A DNA stretch of 64,000 bases from Cyanidioschyzon merolae (Eukaryota): NCBI GenBank assembly GCA_000091205.1, contig AP006500.2; one strand, given 5' to 3'. Under the pieces are notes generated by a model that had not been told where the DNA came from, searched no databases, and saw only the letters and a program-made list of their open reading frames with translations. Position 1 is the stretch's first letter; the number at the start of each line of letters is the position of its first letter. Shown in pieces: positions 11,439 through 22,100 of this stretch. The translations under genes and the position numbers were made by a program.

Positions 11439-14400
11439 CTAGAACATCGTCTCTTCGATCGATTTATCCGAGGCGAGCTCATGCTGCGCGTGTTGCAGTG
11501 CACCCTGCAACGCAGCTGTTGTCGGTGCCTCAAACCACAGGTACAAAGGCCTTTGGATCTCGGGCATCGCGTGAAACGTTGCTCGAGAGCGTCGCTCTGG
11601 CAGGTTGCGCTGATACGCACCCTTGACCAACACCCGACAACCGTGTTTCTCGAAAATATGTCGCAGAAACGCTGAGCTGGTCACGCGTTGGCGAACTGTT
11701 CCTGGATAACCATTGATCACAAGGATAGCGGTACATTCGTCCGCCCATAATACCGCGTCTTTGGCGCTGCACGCGTCGAGCTGGTGCTGCTCCACCAGAG
11801 ATGAATCCGCCCCAGCACCGAGTAGAATGCTATCCGTAGTCGCTGCCGGCACGAGACGACGCCGAAGGCGCTCCAGATCACGCGTGTCGAAAGTGAAGCC
11901 GCGGCCTCGGTACTCTGGTGGACGCCACTCCACCCGTCGACAGCGATGCCCCGAGGCACTCGGAATCGACTGTTGTTGTTGTTGTTGTTGCTGTTGCTGA
12001 GGTGCCGCTGAAGCTAGTCCCGTCGAATAACCACAACCGTGCATGCTGCTCGAGGCATGCGAAACCGTCCGGGCACCGTCACCGTCGAATGATGCAGCTG
12101 GTGGGTCATCGGTCTTCGGGGATCGCCCCACATGCCGCGTTGCAGGGCGACTCGCTTCAACTGGCGACATTGGCGGATAACTTGCCACGTCTCCAGAGAC
12201 GCTCCTGGTTTCCCTCGATTTCTCGATCGTTCTTCGGGTTGCAGCCGGCGCAGCGACATGTGAACGAGTCGCGCCGCATTCGATCATAGGCATCTGTGCT
12301 CCTTGCCGGGCGAAGCGGGGCCGCTTGGTACCCATCCAACGTTCCCGGGCCGTCGCCAACGCAGACGGCACCTCTTGACCCGCTGCTTCCAGACACTGGA
12401 CCAGGAACGGCGCCGCAAAATCATCCTGATGCGGCACGAAAAGCGTATACGCTACCCCGAGACGATTTGCTCGACCTGTCCGTCCAACACGATGCACGTA
12501 GTCCTCGAGTGATCGAGGAGCGTGGAAATTGACGACCACATCCAGGTCTGGAACGTCGAGGCCACGGGCAGCCAACGATGTCGCCAGGAGCAAACGACAA
12601 CTTGCGTGTGAGCCTGCGTCCGCCGATCGTTTCAGTGGATGTCGAAAGAGATCCCAGGTGTCGTCGCGATCGCCTTGATCAATACCACCATGGAGCGCCA
12701 ACATGTGCTCTATTGCCTCGTTTGCGGCGCGTCGCAACGCCGGAGCACGCTTCGACGCCTGCTGCTTCTCCTGTCGATGCCATTCTACGAGTCGTTGAAA
12801 GAGCAGGTCCACCTGTTCTTGACGGGAAACGAACACCAGCATTCGAGCTGTTGTATGCCTGTCCAGAAGATCCAATAGCGCCGCAAACCGAGCCGCTTCA
12901 CCCTGCTCCACCGCTTGCGGTGGGTCCGTTTCCGGTAACACGTGTACACGTTGTTGAATGGTTAACGGAATGCCCGGTTCATACGCTGATCCTGGCGACT
13001 GCGGCATGGTTAACGGCCGTGTCGTACACCGGATAAGCACCAGTCGACGACGTGCCCGATAGCGCTGATGATGCGATCCATCACTGGCGATCGCTGCCTG
13101 TCTCTGCTGCGATATGAGTTTGCGAATGAGCTTTTCCATAATTGGCGGCAATGTTGCCGAGAAGAACGCCATTTGGACCTGCGTTGAAGTCGCAGCGAGA
13201 ATGCGTTGGATCTGTGGCGCGAATCCCAGATCCAGAAGCCTGTCGACCTCATCCAAAACCAGAAGCGCCGTACCACGTAGATGCAGGAATCTCCCTCGGT
13301 TCAACTGGAGAAGGGATATCAAGCGCCCGGGTGTTCCGATGAGGACCCGAACGCCGCGGCAGAGCGTCGCCACATTGGCCGCCAAGTCTGCACCGCCGTA
13401 GGCACATAAACACCAAGACTCGGGCATCGCAGGCACCGCGATATCAGGGTCAGCAACGCTAGCACGAAAACTAGCATCAGCAGCGTATCGCTCGGGTTCC
13501 AGCGCACTGCACGATGGCCAACTGAGGTGCTGCAGCAGCGTCACCAGCAACTTGTGTACCTGCATGGCTAGTTCACGGGTTGGTGTGATGACGACCGCAA
13601 CCGGACACGTTCGTCGGCGTCCTCTATCACGCCATGAGCGAATGAGGTACCGCACAAGCGGCACCAGGTACGCCAGCGTCTTACCGGAGCCGGTTTCGGC
13701 GACGCCCACACAATGGTGACCACGCACCAGCACCGGAATGCAAGCACGTTGCACCAGCGTGGGGTGCCCCATGCCCAGACCGTCTTTCAACCAGTCAAGG
13801 ATCGTGGTAGGGAGTCCGGTCTGTTCCCAGTTGTGCAATAGCGATACGCCGAGCAGACGATGCGGCTGTTCGAGGTCGCGAACGAGAACACCCGGCGCTT
13901 CGGATACCGTTCGATGACGACGATCTGCGGTAACGCCCTCGACCTGCATACTGCCAGAAGCGGCATCGTTATCTTCGGTATCCGAGGACGCTGGTACGGA
14001 AACGGTATCGGCGTTGTCTGGACGACTGCTAGCCGGCAGTGAGCTCAAGCACGGTTCCGAGCGAGGCTGGAGTGCTTGCACTTGTCGAGTGCGATCGGCA
14101 AGGTGTGCGGTTCGGGAAGCAGCGCCCCAATGGCGTTGTCGTTTGGCGGGCTCGTGTCGAGGCGAGGTCCCCGGTGTGCCGTTCCCCGTTCCAGAGAATG
14201 ACGGCTCAGCGGCCGAGGGCCAGCTTCCAGCACTCCGGTGAAGCCCGTTCTTCTCTGAAGCGCACAGGTGCTCGATTTCATGCCCGTCGGAGACCAAACC
14301 GGTTTTCGTTGGGGATCCTGGCTCCGCCTTTGGACACGGAGAACGACGTGGTTGTTGCTGGATGTCGTGGCTTTGGGCAACAGGGTCCAGTTCGCAAGCG

Positions 14401-14522
14401 CTACCGTTTCGCGAATACGGGACAGAAAAACTCAAACACTCGTGCCTGTTCCCAGCAACTGGTCCACTGAGCGTGGCCATGAACGCGTCCAGTGAGTCCG
14501 TAGCAGTTCCCAGTTGCTCCAT
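11439..14522 (-). CDS. DEAD-box ATP-dependent RNA helicase (1027 aa) with long N- and C-terminal extensions and a polyQ tract
   Basis: Helicase motifs in order: AETGSGKTLAYLVP (I/Walker A), PTRELA (Ia), GTPGRL (Ib), LVLDEVDRLL (II, DEVD variant), FSATLPP (III), ARGLDVPDLDVVVNF (V), HRVGRTGRANRLG (VI). A Q10 run is encoded by (CTG/TTG)n on the + strand at ~11968-12000. Confidence 0.85.
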   Translation of the reverse strand: MEQLGTATDSLDAFMATLSGPVAGNRHECLSFSVPYSRNGSACELDPVAQSHDIQQQPRRSPCPKAEPGSPTKTGLVSDGHEIEHLCASEKNGLHRSAGSWPSAAEPSFSGTGNGTPGTSPRHEPAKRQRHWGAASRTAHLADRTRQVQALQPRSEPCLSSLPASSRPDNADTVSVPASSDTEDNDAASGSMQVEGVTADRRHRTVSEAPGVLVRDLEQPHRLLGVSLLHNWEQTGLPTTILDWLKDGLGMGHPTLVQRACIPVLVRGHHCVGVAETGSGKTLAYLVPLVRYLIRSWRDRGRRRTCPVAVVITPTRELAMQVHKLLVTLLQHLSWPSCSALEPERYAADASFRASVADPDIAVPAMPESWCLCAYGGADLAANVATLCRGVRVLIGTPGRLISLLQLNRGRFLHLRGTALLVLDEVDRLLDLGFAPQIQRILAATSTQVQMAFFSATLPPIMEKLIRKLISQQRQAAIASDGSHHQRYRARRRLVLIRCTTRPLTMPQSPGSAYEPGIPLTIQQRVHVLPETDPPQAVEQGEAARFAALLDLLDRHTTARMLVFVSRQEQVDLLFQRLVEWHRQEKQQASKRAPALRRAANEAIEHMLALHGGIDQGDRDDTWDLFRHPLKRSADAGSHASCRLLLATSLAARGLDVPDLDVVVNFHAPRSLEDYVHRVGRTGRANRLGVAYTLFVPHQDDFAAPFLVQCLEAAGQEVPSALATARERWMGTKRPRFARQGAQMPMIECGATRSHVAAPAATRRTIEKSRETRSVSGDVASYPPMSPVEASRPATRHVGRSPKTDDPPAASFDGDGARTVSHASSSMHGCGYSTGLASAAPQQQQQQQQQQSIPSASGHRCRRVEWRPPEYRGRGFTFDTRDLERLRRRLVPAATTDSILLGAGADSSLVEQHQLDACSAKDAVLWADECTAILVINGYPGTVRQRVTSSAFLRHIFEKHGCRVLVKGAYQRNLPERRSRATFHAMPEIQRPLYLWFEAPTTAALQGALQHAQHELASDKSIEETMF
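11968..12000. repeat. Trinucleotide (CAG/CAA)n microsatellite that encodes polyQ in the helicase
   Basis: ttgttgttgttgttgttgctgttgctg read on the + strand. Confidence 0.8.
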
Positions 14523-16080
14523 TCCGTCCTGGGCTTGTTCCTAAACGTACAGCAGCTCACGTCTGTATCCAACGCTGGAGATGCCAATGGTCATTGTTGA
14601 GGGTGCTTGAGTGCGCGAGCAGTCGCGTCGTTCACGTGCGTTGCTCGACAGTCGATGAACTTCATGGTGTCTTCTGAGAAGGGATCCGGGATACTTCGAT
14701 AGATGTCGAACGCTTTTCGATCGACGGAATGTCTGCAATGATCAGGGGTGGTCTTTTTGTATATGGGACACGTGAGCCTGATCGCTCGTGGTCCACCGAA
14801 CGTGCGATCGTTGTAGACAGCCAAGGAAAGCGACCAGGGCTTGGCTCTCGAGACGCCAAGTTCCGAAAATCACCAATCAGACTTGTCTGCGAGGGTCACG
14901 AAGCTTTATACGATGCCCTGTCTGCAGATATTATCGACGGTATGTGCTACAGTGGCTCGAGGCTGGTGCATGCTCGTACGGGGTCCAGCGTCTTCGCAAT
15001 GAGCGATCTGTGAACGCCATCACGACAGAGAACTTGTCGTGGGTGACTGGGGAGCAGACCCCAGACAACCAGAGTACCTGGTATGGAATGAATCGTGACG
15101 CGTTTCCCGACTGGACCGAACGTTTGGTAGTAAGCTGGATCCCGGCTGGTCGCGGCAACTCGCCTGCCGTAGACGGGTGTCTAGCGCTCTGAACCCAGCG
15201 AACTTGCTCGTTGCGTACCACTGGGATCCCGGGGGGAGAGAGCGCGCGCGCGGGCACGCGGTCGATCCTTTGTCTCTCTGCAACCCGACGAGAGCAGCTT
15301 ATCCTAGAGTGGCTATGAGCGTTTCGTAGCTGCCGTGGTTTCCAGCATTCGAGTTGTGCGGCAAAGAACCCTAGTGGATACGCGTTTCGAAGCGTCCTCA
15401 GCGGCTGCATCTTCGCATCTTTCGTGTTCCGTTCAGCGTCTGGATACGTGCTGAAGCGGTTCGAGGACGCACGAACTCGCCTCCGTTCCTAGACGATGCG
15501 ATATTGGACACAATTGCCGCTGAACCGCAGCCTGGACCACGGGTGTGCGAAGATCATCAGCAACTGCTACAGAAGACTGGGCAGCAGCAGCAGCAGCAGC
15601 AGCAGGACACATACCATCAAAAAACCGATCCCCAGTTCCAGAATCAGCAGACCAGAACGTGAATGCGTACTTTACGGGCCTCGTGCTCGTGGTTCATGGG
15701 TGAACGCGTGGTGCACCATGCTCCTGGCGATCCACAGCTGCACCAAGCGCCACATGGTAGCTCGTATCGCTGCTTGATGGGATGCTTTCGACAAGATGCT
15801 GCCTCTGCTGAAAGGCATGCGCAAACGCCCATGAACCAACTCCCGCTTTCCATTCCATTCATGCACGACACAAAGGCGCGTGCTCAACTCTACAATGCGG
15901 ACAGAGCGCGGTGCACTTTCCACGGCAACTAGCAGTAACCCGTCGTCGTCGTCGTCGTCGTCGTCGTCCACGTCACCGTCATTCGCCATCTTTCACAAGC
16001 TCGATAACATCCCTGCAAAAACTCGTCTATCCGAGCGCCTCGCGCTGCACGCAACCGGCAAGACGGTAACCATGTATCCA

Positions 16081-16112
16081 CATACACACACACACACACG
16101 TACACACGTACA
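16081..16112. repeat. (CA)n dinucleotide microsatellite immediately 3' of the LRR-protein stop codon
   Basis: catacacacacacacacacgtacacacgtaca. Confidence 0.8.
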
Positions 16113-16113
16113 G

Positions 16114-19100
16114 CTAGCTTCCCGGTTGGTCCGTTTCCGCTCCGAGAATCACCAGACCCGGCCGCATCCGTTCCAACGATTGTACCGATACCGCCGAAAA
16201 CGAGTCCTTATTGCAGCCGCGCACACACAGCAACCGTAAATACGGCAACGTCGGCAACAATACCGCGAGCCCGCGCCACGTCACCGCTGTGAACGCCAAG
16301 TTCAACGTTTCCAACAAATGCGGCTGCCCGAGATCCTGTTGTACCTGCGCAAGCCGTGCATATTCCCGTAGACCAGCATCAGAAATACGCATATTCTGGC
16401 TGATATTCAGCGCTCGCAGATACGGCAAGTGTTGCGCGATCAGGCGCAGCGCGGCATCGGTGAGCGCACCGCTGCAAACTTCCAAGCTTTCCACATATGG
16501 ACACGCTTGTACAAGATAGGACATTCCGCGATCCGTAATGTGCGCACCGAACAGGTCCAGGTGCCGCAGGTGCCGCGGTAACCCGATGCGTCGATGCAGG
16601 TGCACTGCTACCGTCGCTGAGGACAGCGCTGGAGCCGCCACATCCCTACTGCTGACAGGCTCTGGACTGGCTTCGTTCTCTTCTACCTGGAGCGCATCAT
16701 CGCTGATGAGTCGAGCGTCCAGTCCCAGCCATTCTAACTGCTCCAGCGTGGATAAACTCTTTGTGATGTTGCTCTGAACGGCTGTGTATGAGAGATCAAG
16801 CCGCCGTAACTGACGTAAACGCGCGAGCAGACTGGCTCCGACGGCACTCGTGACGTTGGTATCCGCCAGGTCTAGTTCACGTAATGACTTGAGCGACTGC
16901 AGATGCTCCAGACCAGCATCCGTGATCAACCGGCACTGCGATAGATCGAGTCGCTCCAGGCCCTGAAACAAGCGTACGTAATGACTGAGCGAGCGATCCG
17001 TGAGACGGCAGCCATGCACACTCAGTGAGCGCAGCGTGTCGCGGCTCGAATAGACGCCGTGTGTCGCGTGCACGAGGCGCTCGACGGCAGCAGGGTTCTG
17101 CTGGTACTGCTGGCGGTTGTATTGGTGGTGCGTGCGGCGTCCGCTCGCTAGCCCTGCCAGAGCTGCCAGAAAGCCGTCCGTTACCAGTTGAGCACACTTG
17201 CCCAGGTCCAGGTGCACGAGTTGCTTACCAGGGAGCGCGAGCTCTTCTCCGAATCGCGTCGCTGCATCGGACTCAACGGACAGCGTTTCTCCGCATCCGC
17301 ACAACGACAGTGACTGCAACTGTGGCAGAGCGCCCAGTTCCTGCAGCACTGCCCCGGTGATCCGCGTATACGAGAGGTCGACAACGCGCAGGCTCTGTCG
17401 ATGCTGACGAAGCAGCGGCCTCAACGAACGATCACCGAGACGGAAACAATGCGCCACCGAGAGTGTCTCCAGGGTACCGCTGCTGCTGCTGTTGCTGCTG
17501 CTGCTGTACAGTAGCGCTTCAGTCGTCAGCGGTGCAACGAGGCCCGCAGATGCTTCGGTGGTGGCAACGGATTCAATTGCGGTGTCTTCCGAGTCGCCAG
17601 CCTTTGCCTCTGGTGTCGACAGTGCAGCGACCAGCGCACCCAGGCCTTCATCCGTCAGATGGATGCACGAGCTCAGATCCAAGTGTTTCAGCGCGAAGCG
17701 TCCAGCAGACGTTCTCTGGCACGGTCCACGAGCGACTCCCGACGCCAGCCCCTGAAATGCCTCGTCGGTGAGCGAGCGGCATCCCGCTAGACTCAAGCGC
17801 TCCAGTTTCGAGCACAATCGAAGCAGAGCGCGCACTCCCGGACCCCAGATGCCAAGACAGCCATCCAGAATGCACTCCTTGAGTTGCCTCAGATGGGGTG
17901 CCAGGCCTATCAGACCGCGATCCGTGATATGACTGCAGCCACTGAGGTCGAGCGTTTCCAACGTTGCGGCTCCTGCTGCTGCTGGGGCGAGTGCCAACAA
18001 CCACGTATCCCGTATGCGAGTCCGGTACGGTGCCGCTACTCGAAAGCGATGCCCCAGCGACACAGGGGCAGGTCGAATCTGCAGTCCCGGTCCGATGTTG
18101 GGCCAGAGGCCGGAGTCCGCTGCTGTCAGGGTCACCTGCGGCGCCACCCGCTGGGCATAGAATCGCAGCAGAGCGGGTGTTGCAATGCCGCTGGCGACAG
18201 CTGCCTCCCAACACAGTGCGAGCAGCGGTTCAGGTAAGGAATCCCAGGCGGCAGCGGCAGCAGGTGCTGCAGCAGCCCGCTGGACACCGTCCAGCAGCGA
18301 AGCAGACATACCAGAGGCGTCGACGCCGAGCCGCACAAGAGCCCGAGCCTGTTGCCGCAGGTGTGCTTCCGCTGTCCACGACGATGCCATGAACGTGTTC
18401 ACTGCGTCGGCGGCATCCATCGACTGGCATTGTGGATACCTGTCCAGGTGCGAATCCGCATGCTGGCCATCAACGGTGTACTGGACGAAGCACTGGGCGC
18501 AGAGCGTCTGCAACGACGCAGGCACTGCACCGAAACCGAGGATCGTGACGCTATCACCAATGTCCGGTGGCAACGTCCGTCGAACGAGTTCACGGACTCG
18601 TGGATGACTCGATGCGTTCACAGCGAGCAGCGCTTCACAAAATGCCTCGCTCCCGCTGTCAGCAGCACCAGACGCTGGACTCGATACGAGCCGCTGGACG
18701 CGCACCCAGGTGCTGTTGCGAGGCAGCGGATCCTGCCAGATACCTGCCTTGGGGCCGTCGTTCGGAGACGCGCTGTTGTCGAGACGCAGCAGAGCGCACT
18801 GCGCCTGCTGTTGTCCCGCACGGGCAACGCCGGCGTCCTCACCAGACCCAGTACGCATGGAACGCGGACCGCTCATACACTGGCGCCCTCGACAGCTGTT
18901 TCCAGCAACCGCATCCTGCTCTGCGTCGTTTCTCGCGCGCTCTGATAGCGGACTTGCGGCTCCGAGCAGCTGATGCAGCGCTGAGGTCGCTGCATGGAGT
19001 GTCCGTTTGGCGAAACCAGAGTTGTGTGCATCCGGCTGGTGCGTCGCTGTGGACAGCAGCGCGTCCATCGCATGACGTCTTGGAAACGCCTCAGAGGCAA

Positions 19101-22100
19101 GCTCTGCTGGCGGTGAGTTTGCATCGCTGCAGCGCTCAATGGAGGCAGCAGCGTCCACCGAAAGACGGACTGATGCGGAATCCGCTGCGATAAACGCTGC
19201 ATGATCGATCCTTCCTCGATAGGTGTGAACGTCCACAGCGGGCGTCACTGGTGATGAGAAACCCGCTGACGACGGCGAGCTCGTGCGACGCGGTGTTTCG
19301 AATCGCTCATCAGTCGCTTCTGTGCTGCTTGGTCTGCGTTCGGGCACGTGACCAGCGGGAAGCGCGCAGACACTTGACGCTGAGGCACCAACGACGTCGC
19401 CATAGCGCTGCAGCAATGGTGATGCCTCCAGCATCCCAGCTGGTACAGACTGTAGCTGGCGCTCATCGGAAGCAGTACACGGGCTGTATGTGGCAAACCT
19501 TTCCCCCAGTGAGGTCGGCGACATTCCGGGCTCGCGCTCCAGGGACGACACCAGCGGTACTGCTGCTGCTGGCATGGGGCGCTCACCGTCCCTGCTCAGC
19601 GAGGCACTGGGATGCAGGTCCGCGTCGGCAGCAAACATACAAGGCAGCGGGTCTGTTCCGCGCCAGCGATACAGCAGGGTATAGCCGCGACACGCTACCG
19701 GAGAGCGCGTCGTTTGCCCAGGTACACAGCGATACGCATGGGCGTTCACCAGAACGATTTCAGGAGAACCAGCAGCACACACCGACTGGATGCGATGACT
19801 CGGGTAACGCTCGGGGATGACACCCGAGCGCCGAGTCCAAAAGCCGCCCTCGGAGACGCTGCTCTGCGTTGCTGCATCCGGGCGTGAATGACGCGACCTC
19901 GACCCGTCGTTTTGATGGAAGCGTTCGGCATCCATTCCAGCTGAGCTCGCTAGCGACATCCAATATGAGTGCAGGGCCGTCGTAGCGGAACTCGCCAGCC
20001 ACAGCGACGCTCGAAGCGATGCACGTCGCTGGGGCCTCGAAACACTGCGCTCTGGTGACGCAGCGTCAAGAACGCGTGCACCAGTGGGTGACGCAGTAGT
20101 AGCAGCAGCACCAGCAGCAGCAGATGCCTCTCTTTGGAGCAAGTTCCCGTCCTTGGGGCTAGCGCAGATTCCTTGGTTGCCCGTGGAACTGCCACTGAGT
20201 ACCTGCAGGAGTTCGCTTAACAACGGATGCCGCGCCCCCGCTCGACTGAGCGCCTGCTGGCGTTGGTGCAGAAGCGTGAAGCGTCGCCCAGGTTGCGGCT
20301 TGGAAGGCATCTGCATGGCATGGAGAGCCCAGCATTGCAGCTGCTCGTTGCCGTCGTATTCATCATAGCCACGGTCATGATGATGATGATGATGATGATC
20401 GTGGTGCTGATGATAGTGGGCACGTGGATTTTGGCCAAAGCTCGGGTACGACGCACAGCGTGGATAGCGAACGGATCGCCTATACGGCAATACACTCGTG
20501 CTGGCTGCACGTCCAGTGGCAGAAACACTACTTGCGCTAGCCTCAAGCGATTCGAGGACCTCCTCCAGCGCTTCCACATACCGTTCCATGAGATCGAGGT
20601 CGGTGGTAAGCGGGTCCTCGCCCTCATCTGGATACCTGGCAAGCGGTGCTACTCCAGTGGAGCCATCGCATAACGTTCGGGCGCTCTCGCCTGCCTCGAT
20701 TCCAGTCGAAGGCGACGAACGGTCACCTCGTGGGGATTGTTGACGCCGGACTGTGCCGCCGAGTGACGCTGAGCCAGCGTCTTGACGATACCGTTTGTGA
20801 TCAGTGAACGAGCTCGCCCGCAAGCGGCACCTGCGTTCGTTATTGATGAAATCCTGGAGCGACAGTGCACTTTCCCGAGCCAAAGTCGATCGATTTGTCC
20901 TTTCAGAGCCGCTGGCTGTGAACGATGCGTTTGGCGACTGCAACGAGCCCGACGAGGAGCACGAGGAAAACGCACCAGCCCCAGTTGCATGACGAAAGCC
21001 GCCGTTGATAAACAGTCGCCGTCCGTCCAGAGAGGTATCGGTCTGGAGGCTGGACCTTGACCGCTGCATATCTTCATCGCGAGGTGGTAATGGTGGTGGT
21101 GGTGGTGGTGGTGACCGCGCCTCCAGGCATGTCGTTCGGCTCGAGCTGCACCCGTGTATGCAGGATATGCTGCGACTGAATTTGTTGGGCACTGCAGCAG
21201 CGTTCGTCGGACACTCCTGCAGTGAGCCTTGAATGTTTGTTTTCCGTTCGAGTGCCTGGGTATCGAGTTGCTGGGTTTCCTGGGTCTGTCGCTGGCGGGC
21301 AGTATGTGTGCGCAAACTACAACCGCCAGACGCATTGAGGTCTCCGCTTACCAGGTCCGTCGGCAGCGCGGGGCCCGTATGTCGAGCAACGAGCGCTGCC
21401 AGCGACTCCAGCAATGCATCAATATCAAAGAGCGTCTCGAAAGGCACCGAGATCGACCCGTCAGCGAACAGATCGTGCTGGAAAGGATCATAGGACAGGC
21501 CTTCGAGGCATCCGGTGCGACGCTGTTGCCAACGATGCCAGAGCGCTTCGTCGCTGCTCTGGGATCGCTGTTCAGGAAGGGGCAGCTCATTCGCGACAGG
21601 CGCTGCCATGGAGGCCGCAGCACTGGCATCTACGCAAGCTGGTAGCTCAGGAGCATCAGCTGCTGCCACCAAAGGCTGTTTTGGGGTGCTGTCGAGTGCT
21701 CTGCAGGGTTTCGGTGCTGGAAGCGTCGACAGCGTCGTCGCGTTTGGTGCATGCTGGCGACCGCCGCGTTTCAGCTCGTGCAGCGAAGCGCCATGCTGTC
21801 GTTCGCCAACCAGTACAGGGAACGGTTTGTCGCTGGAATTCGGAATCAGAGAACGAAGGATGTCGTCAACGAGTCGCAGCGAGTCCCTGCCAATATGTAG
21901 CGGCAAACTCGCCGACCAAACTGACATGCGCTGCGGCATCTGTTGATCCTTATCCTGGTACTCAGCGCACAAACTCCACAGACACAACCGAATTAACGCC
22001 ATATCGCGTCGCATACGCAGAATGAATCGCTTCTGCAACCATGAACATAGTGCGCAACAACGATTCGACAGATACTCCGCGTCCTCTGGCTCAGGTCTGG

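Noticed and set aside
11713-12000. ORF ending in a poly-Cys run (CCCCCCCCC)
   Set aside because: It is the antisense reading of the (CAG/CAA)n polyQ microsatellite of the helicase gene, not a real product.
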